This document shows, piece after piece, positions 47,906 to 60,467 of a stretch of 64,000 nucleotides of DNA (the stretch's first letter is position 1; each line of letters opens with the position of its first letter). The notes beneath the pieces were generated by a model. It ran no database searches. It worked only from the letters and a program-made list of their open reading frames with translations, and had not been told where the DNA came from. The DNA is taken from contig JAXLNO010000664.1 of NCBI GenBank assembly GCA_038087875.1, positions 1 to 64,000 of the forward strand. The letters run 5' to 3'. The position numbers and the translations under genes are program-made. The DNA comes from Malacoraja senta (lineage: Eukaryota).

Positions 47906-47933
47906 CTGAAGAAGGGTCTCGACCCGAAACGTC
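47906..47933 (+). ncRNA. Minimal hammerhead ribozyme core in a Penelope-like terminal repeat
   Basis: CUGAAGA-A-GGGUC(UC)GACCC-GAAAC-GUC: conserved core, helix II and palindromic ACGU helix III; helix I is weak. Confidence 0.6.
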
Positions 47934-48119
47934 ACCTATTCCTATTCTCCAGAGCTGCTGCCTGACCCTGAGTTACTCCAGGTTTTTGTGTCTAACACCT
48001 GTAGGCAACCTTGATAATGGGCCAATAATTCATCTGTTGGGACATGCTAATAACTGACATGTTATTAGCATGTAGTTCCAACTCAATGTTCAAACTCCTC
48101 CAAGAAACATGACACCACT

Positions 48120-48345
48120 TACACTAGCACTATCCTACATATGTGGGACAATTTATAATTTTACCAAAGCCACTTAACTTACGAACCTGTACGTCTTTGG
48201 AGTGTGGGAAGAAATCGGAGCATCTGGAGAAAACCTATGCGGTCAAAGGGAGAAAGTACAAAATCCGTACAGACAGCGCCCGCACTCAGGATCGAACCCG
48301 TGTCTCTGGTGCTGTAAGGCAGCAACTCTACCGCTGTGTCACTTT
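48120..48345 (-). mobile_element. HE1-like V-SINE
   Basis: Reverse-complement head and V-domain. Confidence 0.8.
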
Positions 48346-49654
48346 GCCTGCTCACCAACATAACAGTCATTAACTCGAGACAAAATTGACTTTCAATCCC
48401 AGAACAATTTTATGCTCACCTGTAGAATTTGTTACCAATCAACAGAACACAGTTGGATATTTCCAACTTACAGTTATCTCCCAGATCCACAGAAACCATC
48501 TATTTTTTTGAGTAATAGATGCTGGTCAGGATAAACAACTGTTAACACATAGAACAAGGGCGGCACAGTGGCGTAGCAATAGAGTTGATGCTCTACAAGC
48601 ATGAGAGGCGCGGGTTTGATCCTGACTATGGGGGCTGTTTGTATGGAGTTTGTACGTATGTTCTCCCTGTGACCATGTGGGTGTTCTCCGAGTGCTCCCG
48701 TTTATAAGTTGATACAGTAACAAATTAGAATTTAAAGCAGACAATCCTTGAGGTATGGGAGGCATTCTATGATTCAATCCAATGATTAAATGATACCTAG
48801 GTAAAGTGAAATCCTTTGTTTTGCATACAATCCGGTAAAACCATACAACAGTTGTTCTCACCTGGGCAGTACACAAAGAGCCGCCACATTTCTGCTGCCA
48901 ACAAAGTTACAAAAAGTTAATTGAACAGCCTTATTTTCTCGCAGTGGTGAACCAGACCTGCCTCCGCAAGTGGCAGCAGGCGGCCCCCAAACCGGGTCCC
49001 CGTCTGTTCTCAGTGGTGCATCCCCCCCCCCCGCCGGGTCTCCCCTTTGTTTACAGTGCCCCCTCCCACTAGGTCACTCTCTGCGGCTGCATCCCGGGGT
49101 CCCTCTGCGCGAGCCAGGCCTGCCTTAGGATGCGGCCGCGGTTCACCGGGGTTCCTTTCACCACCCCGCTCACTAACGCTGTTGTTTCCTAGGTACAGTA
49201 TGCTTTGTCCAGAGATTGCTATTGAGATTTCAGATCTATTTTTAAGTTGTTGTCTCTGTCAGTTTGGATGGGCCCCATTGCCTTGATATATGATGATAAT
49301 TACAATGGATGGCATCGTTGCAATCGCAAATGTATATGAAATCATTTGCAGTCCATTACTGGAAACCTCTTGGCAACTATGTAATGATCAAAGCAACCCT
49401 CATTTCTAAATTATAGCTGGGAGCTCTCCAACTTTGTACCTGGTTACCAAACTGGGGAGCCACATTTCCCCAATGTTCCCTCTTGCTTCAGAATCTTAGC
49501 AACAAAACAATCATCATGCCCTAATGTTTAGCTCCTGTGATATTTCATAATTTTTGGAAAAATCTTGGAATGTCTTATTGCGAGCAGGATGACAGCTACA
49601 CCATTCCTGTACATCGTTCACATGTGATTTAAGTTTGTGTGTGTTGTCCAGAGT

Positions 49655-50045
49655 CAGGAGAACTACAGATGCGCCGTAGAAAGCATTTAATCGAGGTGCA
49701 TCAGAGCATGGTTTGGGAACAACTCCATCCATCCAAGACCGCAAGAAATTGCAGAGGAAAGACACCATCTACACTTCACGCTGCCTCGGCAAGGCCACCA
49801 GCATAATCAAAGATGTGTCACATCCGGCCACTGCCTCTTCTCCCCCCTTTCATTACACAAGAGGTATAGAAGTGTGAAAATGCAAACGTCCAGATTCAGG
49901 GACAGTTTCTTCCCAGCTGTTATCAGGCAACTGAATCATCCAACAACTAGAGAGCACTATCTACCCCATTGGAGACCCTTGGACTATCTTTGATCAGACT
50001 TTACTAAACTTTATCTTGCAGTTAAACTTATTAACGTTATTCCCT
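49655..50045 (+). mobile_element. Rex1/Babar-like LINE 3' fragment; its tail resumes at about 51550-51670 after a CR1 insertion
   Basis: Homologous to the reverse complement of 11476-11845 (ttcagggacagtttcttcccagctgttatcaggcaactgaatc). Confidence 0.75.
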
Positions 50046-51547
50046 TCAAGACAAAGAGTGGCAATAAAGAGAGTTTTTTATGGTTGGCTGCCAGTGACTA
50101 GCAAAGTTCCGCAGGGGTCGGTGCTGGGGCCACTACGCTTCACATTGTATATTAATGATTTGGACGAGGGGATTGAAGGCTTTGTGACAAAGTTTGCGGT
50201 AGACACAAAAATAGATGGAAGGACAGGTAGTGTACAGAAAGCAGGGACTCTGCAGAAGGACGGAAAGGTTCGGAGAGTGGGCAAAGAAGTGGCTGATGGA
50301 ATATGGTGTAGCAAAGTGTGGAATCATGCATTTGGTAGTAGGAATAAAGACATAGACTAAATGGGGAGAGAATACAGAAATCTGAGGTGCAAAGGGACTT
50401 GGGAGTGCTAGTGCAGGATTGCCAAAATGTTAATCTGCAAGTCAAATTGGTAATAAAGAAAGCAAACTCAATGCTAGCATTTATTTCAAGAGGACTTGTA
50501 TAAAAAAACTGGCATGTAATGCTGAGGCTCTATAAGGCACTGGTCAGGCTGCATTTGGAATATTGTGAGCAATTCTAGGCACCATATCTGAGGAAGGATG
50601 TGCTGGCTCTGGAGAGGGTCCAGAGGAGGTTTTACAAGAATGATCCCAGGAATGAGTAGATGAACCTATGATGAGCGTTTGTCAGCACTGAGCCTGTACT
50701 TACTGGAGTTTAGAAGAATGAGGGAGGACCTCATTGAAACTTACAGAATAATGAAAGGCTTGGATAGAGTGGACGTGGAGAGGATGTTTCCACTAGTGGG
50801 AGAGTCTAGGACTAGAGGTCATAGCCTCAGAATTAAAGGACGTCCTTTTAGGAAGGAGATGAGGAGAAATTTCTTTAGAGGGTGGTGAATCTGTGGAATT
50901 CTTTGCCACAGAAGGCTGTGGAGGCCAAGTCAATGGATATTTTTAAGGTAGAAATAGATAGATTCTTGATTAGCACAGGTGTCAGAGGTAATGGGGAGAA
51001 AGCAGGAGAATGGGGTTGGTAGGGAGAGATAGATCAGCCATGATTGAATGGCAGAGTAGACTTGATGGGCCAAATGGCCTAATTCTACTCGTATCACTTA
51101 TGTAGTCGGCCCCCCTCGGTCATGACTGACCGATGCATTCTGGTCGGATGCAAGCCTGGGCGATGTCATATGGAGGGCAGGCTGTTGCCCATGCAGCACG
51201 TCCCCCCTCTCCACGTAGCTGATCGATCCAAAGGAACAGCAGGGACGTTACAGTTTGGCACCAGCACCGTCGCAGGAGCTGCCAGAGCGAGGTTGTAGAC
51301 AACGACGAACTGCCTTAGGAGCTCCGACTCCGGATTTTCTTGAGGTTTACTCCTGGAGCTGTTTCCATGACTGGATATGGCCACAAGGCAGTGGAGGTTT
51401 TAAATCAGAGTTTCCCTCTCTAGGATGGACTGCCTTCCCAGGCTGACGAGCCCCATCTGCCCGAGACTCATGGGGGCGGGAGCGTCTACCTTCCCGTGCA
51501 GGTCTATAGCACCTGCCCACTGACCATCTCTTATGACCTTATGACCT
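50046..51547 (+). mobile_element. CR1-type LINE 3' 1.1-kb fragment (RT C-terminal half), tail interrupted by an RTE-type element
   Basis: VPQGSVLGPLRFTLYINDLDEGIEGFVTKFAVDTKI; ERVQRR; SLRIKGRPFRKEMRRNFF. Confidence 0.9.
51103..51525 (-). mobile_element. RTE-related non-autonomous retroposon (SINE-like)
   Basis: Minus strand has the RTE-5'UTR-like ggaaggcagtccatcctagagagggaaactctgatttaaaacc; 10-bp TSD ATCACTTATG/ATCTCTTATG at 51093-51102 and 51526-51535. Confidence 0.65.
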
Positions 51548-51694
51548 GATGATCATGTGTTTGTGCACTGTGGATGGCTCGATTGTATTTATGTATTGTC
51601 ATTCCGCTGACTGGTTAGCATGCAACAAAGGCTTTCACTGTATCTCAGTACACATGAAAATAAACTAAACTCAATCTTTAACTCTGTGTGCCTA

Positions 51695-52360
51695 TGAAGC
51701 TGCTGCGTACAATTCTGGTCACCCCATTATATGAAGGACAGGGAGGCTGTGGAGAGGGTGCAGAAGGGGTTTACCAGAATGCTGCCTGGGTTAGAGGGTA
51801 TTAGCTATCAGGAGAGGTTGGATTATTGGATTATTCCCTCTGGAAGATCGGAGGCCATGGGGAGACATGATAAAAGTATATAATATTACGAGAGGCAAAG
51901 ATCGGGTCGACGGTCAGAACCTTTTTCTCACTGTGGACATGTCATACACTGGAAGGCATAACTTTAAGGTGAAAAAGGCAAAGTTTAAAGGAGATGTGCA
52001 TGGCAAGTTATTTTGCACAGAGGATGGCGGGTGCCTGGGATGCACTGCCAGCGGTGGTGGTGGACGCAGATACAATAGTGGGGTTTAAAATGGTTTTAGA
52101 TTGGCACATGTATATGCAGAGATTGGAGCAATATGGATCATATGCAGGTATACAGGATTAGTTTACATAGAAACATAGAAAATAGGTGCAGGAGTAGGCC
52201 ATTTGGCCAGCACCGAGCCAACACTGCCATTCAATAAGATCATGGCTCATCATCCAAAATCAGCACCCCATTCCTGCTTTTTCCCCATATCCCTTGATTC
52301 CGTTAACCCTAAGAGCTAATTCTAACCCTCCTTTGAAAACATCCAGTGAATTGGCCTCCA
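51695..52360. mobile_element. Two CR1-type 3' fragments, tail to tail
   Basis: Plus-strand ERVQKGFTRMLPGL..VYNITRG at 51695-52165; minus-strand tail at 52166-52360. Confidence 0.75.
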
Positions 52361-52809
52361 GTTTATCCTGCACAGATGTTTTGCACAGACATTGCGTGTG
52401 GAAGGGCCTGTTACTGTGCTGTACTATTCTTTGTTCAATGATCTATATTAAGCAAGATTTTCATTGTACCTATAACTCACCGTGTGTGTGTGCGTATGAC
52501 AATAACTTCGATCTGGCTTGAAATCCAACTCTTTATTAGGAGTGGAGTTTCAGGGAATAAAGCTCCATATTTCATATCTAATTAAAACATTGAGAAAGAC
52601 AAGGGAATAATGTAAATGAATCATGAAATAATAAAGTAGTGATATTTATCCAATGGTAGCTATTCCATTGCACGATTTTTGAAAGAGCTGTCTGGTTAAT
52701 CCCACTGCTTTCTTTCCACAGCCCTACACACTTTTGATCAAGTGTTTATTTATTTCTTCATTGAAAGCCAGCATTAAAACCTACCTCTACTTTTATTTTT
52801 GATATTGAT

Positions 52810-53037
52810 ACACTAGAACTATATTACACACTAGGGACAATTTGCAATTTATTTTACCAAAGCCAATTAACCAACAGACCTGTATGTTATTGGAAAGTGG
52901 GAGGAAACCGGAGCGCCCAGAGAAAACCCACATGGTCACATACAGACTATGTACGGCCAGCACTCGTGGTCAGGATCAACCTCAGGTCTCTGGCGCTGTA
53001 AAGGCAGCAACTCTACCGCTGCGCCACTGTGCTGCCC
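52810..53037 (-). mobile_element. HE1-like V-SINE
   Basis: Reverse-complement head and V-domain. Confidence 0.78.
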
Positions 53038-53879
53038 AACTGGATAACTAGATAACTGGATACACAATTGAATTCATGGTGGGAAACAGGGCGTGGTGGT
53101 GGAAGGTTGTTTTTTTCGCTTTGGAGGTTTGTTACTAGTGGTATGCCTCATCGATTGGTGCTGGGCCCATTGGTGTTGTCATCTGTATCGTTGATTTGGA
53201 TGAGAATGTACAAGGCATCAGTTTGCAGATGCCACTAAAATAGGTGGCATCACAGACAGTGAAGATGGTTAGTAAGAATTACATCTGGATCTTGATCAGT
53301 TGGACAAGTGGTCCGAGCAATGGCAAATGTAGTTTAATTCAGATACAGTAAGTGTGAGGTGTTACATATTGGGAACCAGGGTAGAACTTTATAGTGAATA
53401 GCAGGGCCCTGGGGAGTGTTGTCAAGCAGAGGGATTTGAGAGTACAAGTATATATTTCCCTGAAAGTGGCGCCATGGATAGATTAGGTGATGACAAAGAC
53501 TTTTGCCATGCTGGGCTTCATTAGTCAGGAAACTGAGCATAAAAGTTGGGAAAGTAATTTTACAGTTATACAAAACTTTGGTGAATCTGTACTTGGAGTA
53601 TTGTGTTCAGTTTTGATCATCCCGTTATAGGAACAATGTCATAATCTGGAACATTTTGCCAGGACTCGATGGCCTGATCTATTGGGAGAGGTTAGGCAGG
53701 CTTGCATTTTATTCCTTGGAGTGCAGAAGGCTGAGAGGTTTAATATTTCAAAGTTGCTTAATTGTCACAGGCACAAAAAGCAGTGAAATTATTTTTCGAG
53801 TCACCAGATTTGGCGCCATTTCCATAGTCCGGTTGGCATGCTAAGTCTTATAGAGGTGTATAAAATCATGAGGGAAATA

Positions 53880-55533
53880 CAGTGCCTTAATGTTTGGGAC
53901 AAAGACCCATCATTTATTTATTTGCATCTGTACTCCACAATTTGAGATTTGTAATAGAAAAAAAATCACATGTGGTTAAAGTGCACATTGTCAGATTTTA
54001 ATAAACACCATTTCTATACATTTTGGTTTCACCACGTAGAAATTACAGCAGTGTTTATACATAGTTCCCCCATTTCAGGGCACCATAATGTTTGGGACAC
54101 AGCAATGTCATGTAAATGAAAGTAATCATGTTTAGTATTTTGTTGCATATCCTTTGCATGCAATGACTGCTTGAAGTCTGCGATTCATGGACATCACTAG
54201 TTGCTGGGTGTCTTCTCTGGTGATGCTCTGCCAGGCCAGTATTGCAGCCATCTTTAGCTTATGCTTGTTTTGGGGGCTAGTCCCCTTCAGTTTTTTCTTC
54301 AGCATATAAAAGGCATGCTCAATTGGGTTCAGATGGGGTGATTAACTTGGCCACTCAAGAATTGACATTTTTTTAGCTTTGAAAAACTCCTTTGTTGCTT
54401 TAGCAGAAATGCTTGGGATCATTGTCTTGCTGTCGAATGAACCACCGGCCAATGAGTTTTGAGGCATTTGTCTGAACTTGAGCAGATAGGATGTGTCTAC
54501 ACACTTCAGAATTCATTATGCTACTACCACCAGCAGTTGTATCATCAATGAAGATAAGTGAGTCAGTACCTTCAGCAGCCATACATGCCCAGGCCATAAC
54601 ACCCCCACCACCGTGTTTCACGGATGAGGTGGTATGCTTTGGATCTTGGCCAGTTTCTTCTCTCTTCCATACTTTGCTCCTACCATCACTCTGATACAAG
54701 TTAATCTTCGTCTCATCTGTCCACAAGACCCTTTTCCAGCTGTGGTTGCTCTTTTAAGTACTTCTTGGCAAACTGTAGCCTGGCCATCCTATTTTTGCAA
54801 CTAACCAGTATTTTACACCTTGTGGTGTAGCCTCTGTATTTCTGTTCATGAAGTCTTCTGTGGACAGTGGACAGTGGTCATTGACAAATCCACACCTGAC
54901 TCCTGAAGAGTGTTTCTGATCTGTCGGACAGGTATTTGGGGATTTTTCTTTATTATAGAGAGAATTCTTCTGTCATCAGCTGTGGAGGTCTTCCTTGGCC
55001 TGCCAGTCCCTTTCCAATTAGTAAGCTCACCAGTGTTCTCTTTCTTCTTAATGGTGTTCCAAACAGTTGATTTTGGTAAGTCTAAGGTTTGGCTGATGTC
55101 TATAGCAGTTTTATTCTTGTTTCTCAGTCTCATAATGGCTTCTTCGACTTTCATTGGCACACCTTTGGTCATGTTGATAAACAGCAATAAAAGTTTCCAA
55201 AGGTGATGGAAAGACTGGAGGAAAGACTAGGTGCTGAGAGCTCTCTTATACCTGCATTAAGGAGGCAATTAAACACACCTGAGCAATTACAAACACCTGT
55301 GAAGCCATGTGCCCCAAACATTATGGTGCCCTGAAATGGGGGAACTATGTACAAACACAGCTGTAATTTCTACATGGTGAAACCAAAATGTATAAAAATA
55401 CCCTTTAATAAAATCTGACAATGTGCACTTTAACCACATGTGATTTTTTTTCTATTACAAATCTCAAATTGTGGAGTACAGAGGCAAATAAATAAATGAT
55501 GGGTCTTTGTCCCAAACATTATGGAGGGCACTG
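53880..55533 (-). mobile_element. Tc1-family DNA transposon, IR-DR type, full length
   Basis: TA-CAGTG...CACTG-TA; TIRs of about 220 bp with inner and outer direct repeats (ataatgtttgggaca). Confidence 0.95.
54132..55190 (-). pseudogene. Tc1 DD34E-type transposase, frameshifted
   Basis: HTH region with GRPRKT; WTDETKINL; KHGGGGVMAW; QQDNDPKH; WPS*SPHLNPIEH; GYATKY stop. Confidence 0.92.
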
Positions 55534-56034
55534 TAGATAGGCTGAATGCACAGAGTCTATGTCCCAGGGTAGGGGAATCAAGAATTCGAAAACATAGTTT
55601 TAAGGTGAGAAGGGAATGATTTATTAGGAACCCAAGGGCAACTTTTTTACACAAGGGGTGGTAAGTATATGGAACGAGCTACCAGAGTAGATGGCAAAGT
55701 CAGGTACAATTCCACCATTTATAAGACTTTTGGAAAGGTACATGGATAGCAAAGGTTTAGAGGGATATTGGTTGATGCAGGCAAATAGGACAACCATAGA
55801 TGGGATCTCTAGGTTGGCATGGACAAGTTGGGCCACAGGGCTTGTTTCAATGCTGTAAGACTCCAAAACTCTCCAAACAGTTTTGGCTGAGTGCCTCGAC
55901 CTGAACTTTGGGTGCCTTCTTTCGAAGCTGACGGTTTAAACTAAAAGTCTGCCTTTCATTTTCAGGTGAACTCCGAGTGATGTGGAGATGCAGAGAATTT
56001 TACTGCCTGAGGCATTGTCTCAACCGACATGTCC

Positions 56035-56178
56035 AACACTGGTCATTTATCTTGTTGCACTTCACGGGACATTGGTGCTCCCAAACTACCTCGTATGCCC
56101 GTTACACAAAAAATGATAATATTTCATTGGCTGTGAAGTAGCTTGAGGATGTGGCAGCTAATTTATAAATGCAAGCTC
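56035..56178 (+). mobile_element. Highly diverged Deu-SINE (SacSINE1/AmnSINE1-like) 3' remnant
   Basis: ctggtcatttatc...ttcattggctgtgaag..gaggatgtg..tataaatgcaag resembles the Deu-SINE 3' end as recalled. Confidence 0.45.
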
Positions 56179-56402
56179 TGCCAGCCAAATATCTTGCCTT
56201 GCAGGCAGTGGTTTCATTTTCCCAGCAGGTGGGAACTTGCTGATAGTTTAGTGAGATACTGTATGGCTGTTACTACATGATCTGCTGTAGATCACTGTTC
56301 TTGATTTGGAAAATGTTTAGTTCAACTGCCATGTCAGAAATAAGCACGATCTTGACTGATATTCCAATGCCTTACAGTCATACAGCACAGATATATGCCC
56401 AA

Positions 56403-56757
56403 AGATAGACACAAAATGCTGGAGTAATTCAGCATGTCAGGCAGCATCTCTGGAGAAAAGGAATGGGTGATGTTTCGGGTCGAGATCCTTCTTCAGACTG
56501 ATTGTCAGGGAGAGGGGACATGGGCTCCACCTTTCCTTGATCATCGTTGCTGGCTTTGATTTGACTTTCATTCGCATTCTTCGTATCTTTTCATATCTCT
56601 AGTTCCCCTCTCCCTTGACTCTCAGTCTGAAGAAGGGTCGCAACCCGAAACATCACCAATTCCTTTCCTCCAGAGATGCTGCCTGACCCACTGAGTTACT
56701 CCAGTATTTTGTGTCGATCTTCAGTGTAAACCAGCATTTGTAGATCCTTCCTACACA
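56403..56757. repeat. Inverted pair of Penelope-like terminal repeats with hammerhead-like cores on both strands
   Basis: 56403-56515 is the reverse complement of about 56605-56722. Confidence 0.85.
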
Positions 56758-56807
56758 GATATATGCCCTTCAGCCGTCCATGACCACGACAGCTATCAAG
56801 TAATAAG

Positions 56808-57160
56808 AAGGAACTGTAGATGCTGGCTTATACCAAAGGTAGACACAAAATGCTGGAGTAACTCAACAGGTCACATTAATGGATAGGCAACAGGTCACAG
56901 ATAATGGATAGGTAACGTTCAGCATTGGCTCCTTCCTCAGACTGATTGCAGCGGGGTGAGGAAAAAAAAAATCTCTCCAGAGATGCTGCCTGACCCACTG
57001 AATTACTCCAGCGTCTTGTGTCTATCTCCAGCTATCAAGTACTTACCTGCCTGAAGAAGGGTCTTGACCCGAAACATCATCTATCCGTGTTCTCCAGAGA
57101 TGCTGCCTGGCCCGCTGAGCTTCTCCAGTGTGTACTTCCTTGGTAAACCAGCTTCTCCAG
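56808..57160. repeat. Cluster of further Penelope-like terminal repeat fragments
   Basis: agacacaaaatgctggagtaactc; ctgaagaagggtcttgacccgaaacatc at 57051. Confidence 0.7.
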
Positions 57161-57637
57161 CTACTTCTTTGTACTTATCTGTATTAATTTTAATTGGTTA
57201 GCACTTGTTTTGTAATCTTCTACGGGCACTCATCTCAAAACACCTTACTTATCAGGAGAAAACCTGCTTACATCGAACCCTCAGGCAGCATTAAAATCGC
57301 AGAGCTGAGACATTGCACCAAAGCTCCCTCTGTGCTTTTAGGATGACTATAAAAGATCCCTCAGTGCTGATGGAAAAACTGCAACGTTATCAGTGGCAAC
57401 TCGAAAGACTGCAGATACTGGAGTCCCAGAGCAAGTACACAAGCTAGTTAGGGAACTGACCAGGCCAGGCAGCATCTGTGGATGGAAATGGACAGGTGAT
57501 GTTTCAGATAGAAACACTTGAGTCATTTGGACTCAGTTGTCCGTACTTTTACTTCCACGGATATTGGTGCTGTCATTTGTTTCAAGTTGGGCGGCGCAGT
57601 GGTGCAGCGGTAGAAGTCATCATAAAGTCACTCAGAT

Positions 57638-58228
57638 AGAGTCACGCAACATGGAAACTGGCCCTTTGGCCCAACTTGCCCACACCAGCCAACATGTCCC
57701 AGCTACATCAATCCCACCTGCCTCTCTGTGGCCCATATCCCTCTAAACCTGTCCTATTGATGTACCTGTCTAATTGTTTCTTAAACGTTACAATAGTCAC
57801 TGCCTCAACTATCTCCTCTGGCAGCTCGTTCCATACACCCACCACCCTTTGTGTAAAAAAGTTACCTTTTAGATTCCTATTAAATCTTTTCCCCTTCACC
57901 TTAAACCTATGCCCTCTGGTCCTCGATTCCCCTACTCTGGACAGGAGACTCTGTGCGCCCACCCAATCTATTCCTCTCATGATTTTATATATAAGACCGC
58001 CCCTCATCCTTCTGCGCTCCAAGGGATAGTGTCCCAGTCTGCTCAACCTCTCCCTATAGTTGAGACCCTCGAGTCCTGATAACTTCCTCATAAATCTTCT
58101 CTGCACCCTTTCCAGCATGACAATATCTTTCCTATAATATGGTATAACATGGTGCCCAGAACTGAACGCAATACTCTAAATGCGGACTCACCAATGTCTT
58201 ATACAACTTTAACATGACCTCCCAACTT
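57638..58228 (-). mobile_element. CR1-type LINE 3' fragment
   Basis: LERVQRRFMRKLSGLEGLNYRERLSRLG..RTRGHRFKVKGKRFNRNLKGNFFTQRVVGVWNELP. Confidence 0.9.
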
Positions 58229-58802
58229 ACAGTTGCTGTTATTAGAATGGACTCATATGCTCAGGATGAATTTCCCATCTTGCAGTCATCCTCATTGTGG
58301 CACTTATTTTTTTAGCTGCACTTTCTCTGTAGCTGTGACACAATAATTTGCCCTCTATATATTTTCTCTTTTGCAGTACACAATGTATTCATGAATGGTA
58401 TGGTTTTCCTTGACAGCATGCAAAGAAATGTTTTTCACTGTATCCCTGTATATATGTAACAATAATAAACCAACACCAATATCTAACTAATTAAATTTTA
58501 AGGATTTCTAATTCCATCACTGCCAATGTGTTGATCTGGACCAACGCAATTATGTGGCTGACATTTTTTATTCAATGCCTCTGCAGGTATGTTTATCTTT
58601 CCAGGAACAAAATAAGTTATCAATAATTCTGAATTTCATGCTGCTCTTGGCTGTGTACAAAACTCTGCGCCTATTGATTTTTACATCAGTATGAAGAATG
58701 TTAATGAAAAAAATTGATATCGTCTGAAGGATGTTTAATGGTTCACTGAAAGTTACTTGGGTAACATTACTCTCATATTTGGTGGTATGCCCAATAGTTC
58801 AA

Positions 58803-59062
58803 TTTTTAGTTTATTTAGAGAAACAGAGTGGAATCAGGCCCTTCGGCCCACCGAGTCCACACTGACCAGCAATCCCCCATACACTAACACAATCCTGCAC
58901 ACTAAGCCAATTAACCTGCAAACCAGTACGTCTTTGGACTGTGGGAGGAAACTAGAGCACCTGTGGAAAACCCGTGCAGGTCACGGGGGAGAACGTACAA
59001 ACATCATACAGACAGCACCCATAGTCAGGATCGAACCCGGGGCTCTGTCGCTGTAAGGCAGC
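58803..59062 (-). mobile_element. HE1-like V-SINE
   Basis: Reverse-complement copy. Confidence 0.8.
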
Positions 59063-59474
59063 CACTGTCCATTTTTTAAGACAAACATCAACATTTGACG
59101 GCGACCTCCAGGTAGATACTTGACTTTGATTGGTGTGAGAGACGATCTTTAAATCCCTGTCTCGTTGAATGGGTTATTTAGGACAAACCATTTCAGCTGA
59201 TGGTAAGAGAGATGGGTAAAGAAGGAATGCTCACAAGGAGAAAGAACAATAAAATTGGACATAGACACCAAAAGCTGGAGTAACTCAGCGGGACAGGCAG
59301 CATCTCTGGAGAGAAGGAATGGATGACGTTTTTGGTCGAGACCCTACTTCCGTGTCCTGCATTCCAGTTCCTTCCTACTCAATAAAATTGGAGCAGGATT
59401 AGGCCATCAGGTCCCTCAAGTCTGTCTCACCATTCAATAGATCATGGCTGATCTAAGCTGGCCTCAACTCTGGT

Positions 59475-59793
59475 GCGGCATGGTGGCGCAGCAGTAGAGT
59501 TGCTACCTACAGCGCGAGGGACCCCGGTTTGATCCTGACTACGCGTGCTGTCTGTACGGAGTTGTACATTCTCCCTGTGACCGCAGGGTCATCTGGTTTC
59601 CTTGCACATTTCAAAGACGTGCTGGTTTGTTGGTTAATTGGCTTCTGTAAATTACCTCTAGTGTGTAGGATAGAACTAGTATATGAACTACTGTAGTCAG
59701 CGCGGACTTGGTCGGCCGAAGGGACTCTTTCCAGGCTGTATCTCTAAACTAAACAAAACTAAACTATACTAACCTAAACTAAACTAAACTAAA
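59475..59793 (+). mobile_element. HE1-like V-SINE
   Basis: Head, V-domain and (CTAAA)n tail. Confidence 0.85.
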
Positions 59794-59985
59794 CCCTCTT
59801 CTGTTCCATGTCCCCATGCCCTTCCATTCCTTGATCTTTCAAATTCTTGCCTCTCTTCTAACTCCTAATTTTCTGGCTTCATCAAACACTGGGCAGAGAA
59901 TTCTAGAGATTCACCACCTTCTGAGAAAATAAATTTCTATGCACCTCAGTTTTGAATGATCTGCCCGTTATCTTTTAACACAGAA

Positions 59986-60082
59986 GGGTCTGAAGAAGGG
60001 TTTCTGCCCGAAACGTTGCCTATTTCCTTCGCTCCATAGATGCTGCTGCACCCGCTGAGTTTCTCCAGCATTTTTGTGTACC
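59986..60082 (+). repeat. Second Penelope-like terminal repeat subfamily with a hammerhead-like core
   Basis: gggt-CTGAAGA-agggtttctgccc-GAAAC-GTT-gcct; flanked by the direct repeat atcttttaacaca / atcttttaacaca. Confidence 0.6.
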
Positions 60083-60467
60083 ATCTTTTAACACATGTTG
60101 CACATTGTCGATCATGGTGTGAATCTATCCATTACCAATCTACAAAGGAAGAGTGTGAAGGTGAGGAACAAAAGCACAAAAGCAAGATAAGCTACACACT
60201 GCCCTAAAGTTACTTTTAAACCTTTCATGTGAATCTTGATCAATGACTTTCAGGAAATCTGCACACAAAAATAGTTTTGTTTTCCCCTCAGTATGATCTT
60301 TGTGATATGTCATGCAATATAAAGCTGCTGAGAGTTTATCTTCCTAAGGGAAACATTGCACTTTTAACACTTGCTATCAATACTTGCAAATCTTGGCAAA
60401 GCTTTTATTTGACTGAAGTTGTGCATTAGTTTGACATTATATACATTCTTCTGGCTTAAAGGGTGTT

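Larger units (their letters stand above)
45866..47998 (+). mobile_element. 5'-truncated Penelope-like element (GIY-YIG C-terminus, 3' UTR, terminal repeat), interrupted at 46191-47815
   Basis: 45866-46030 encodes EHLGSVRLDLPDRSVTKHFNSPSHFHTELSVLGLLHCQTEAKRKLEE*HLIFHLG; flanked by ctgtaggc(t)aacct direct repeats at 45852-45865 and 47999-48011. Confidence 0.85.
53075..55870 (+). mobile_element. Degraded CR1-type LINE hosting a Tc1 element and a small retroposon
   Basis: RT remnants at 53075-53879; aaaatcatgagggaaaTA|Tc1|TAgataggctgaatgcacagag rejoins the CR1. Confidence 0.8.
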
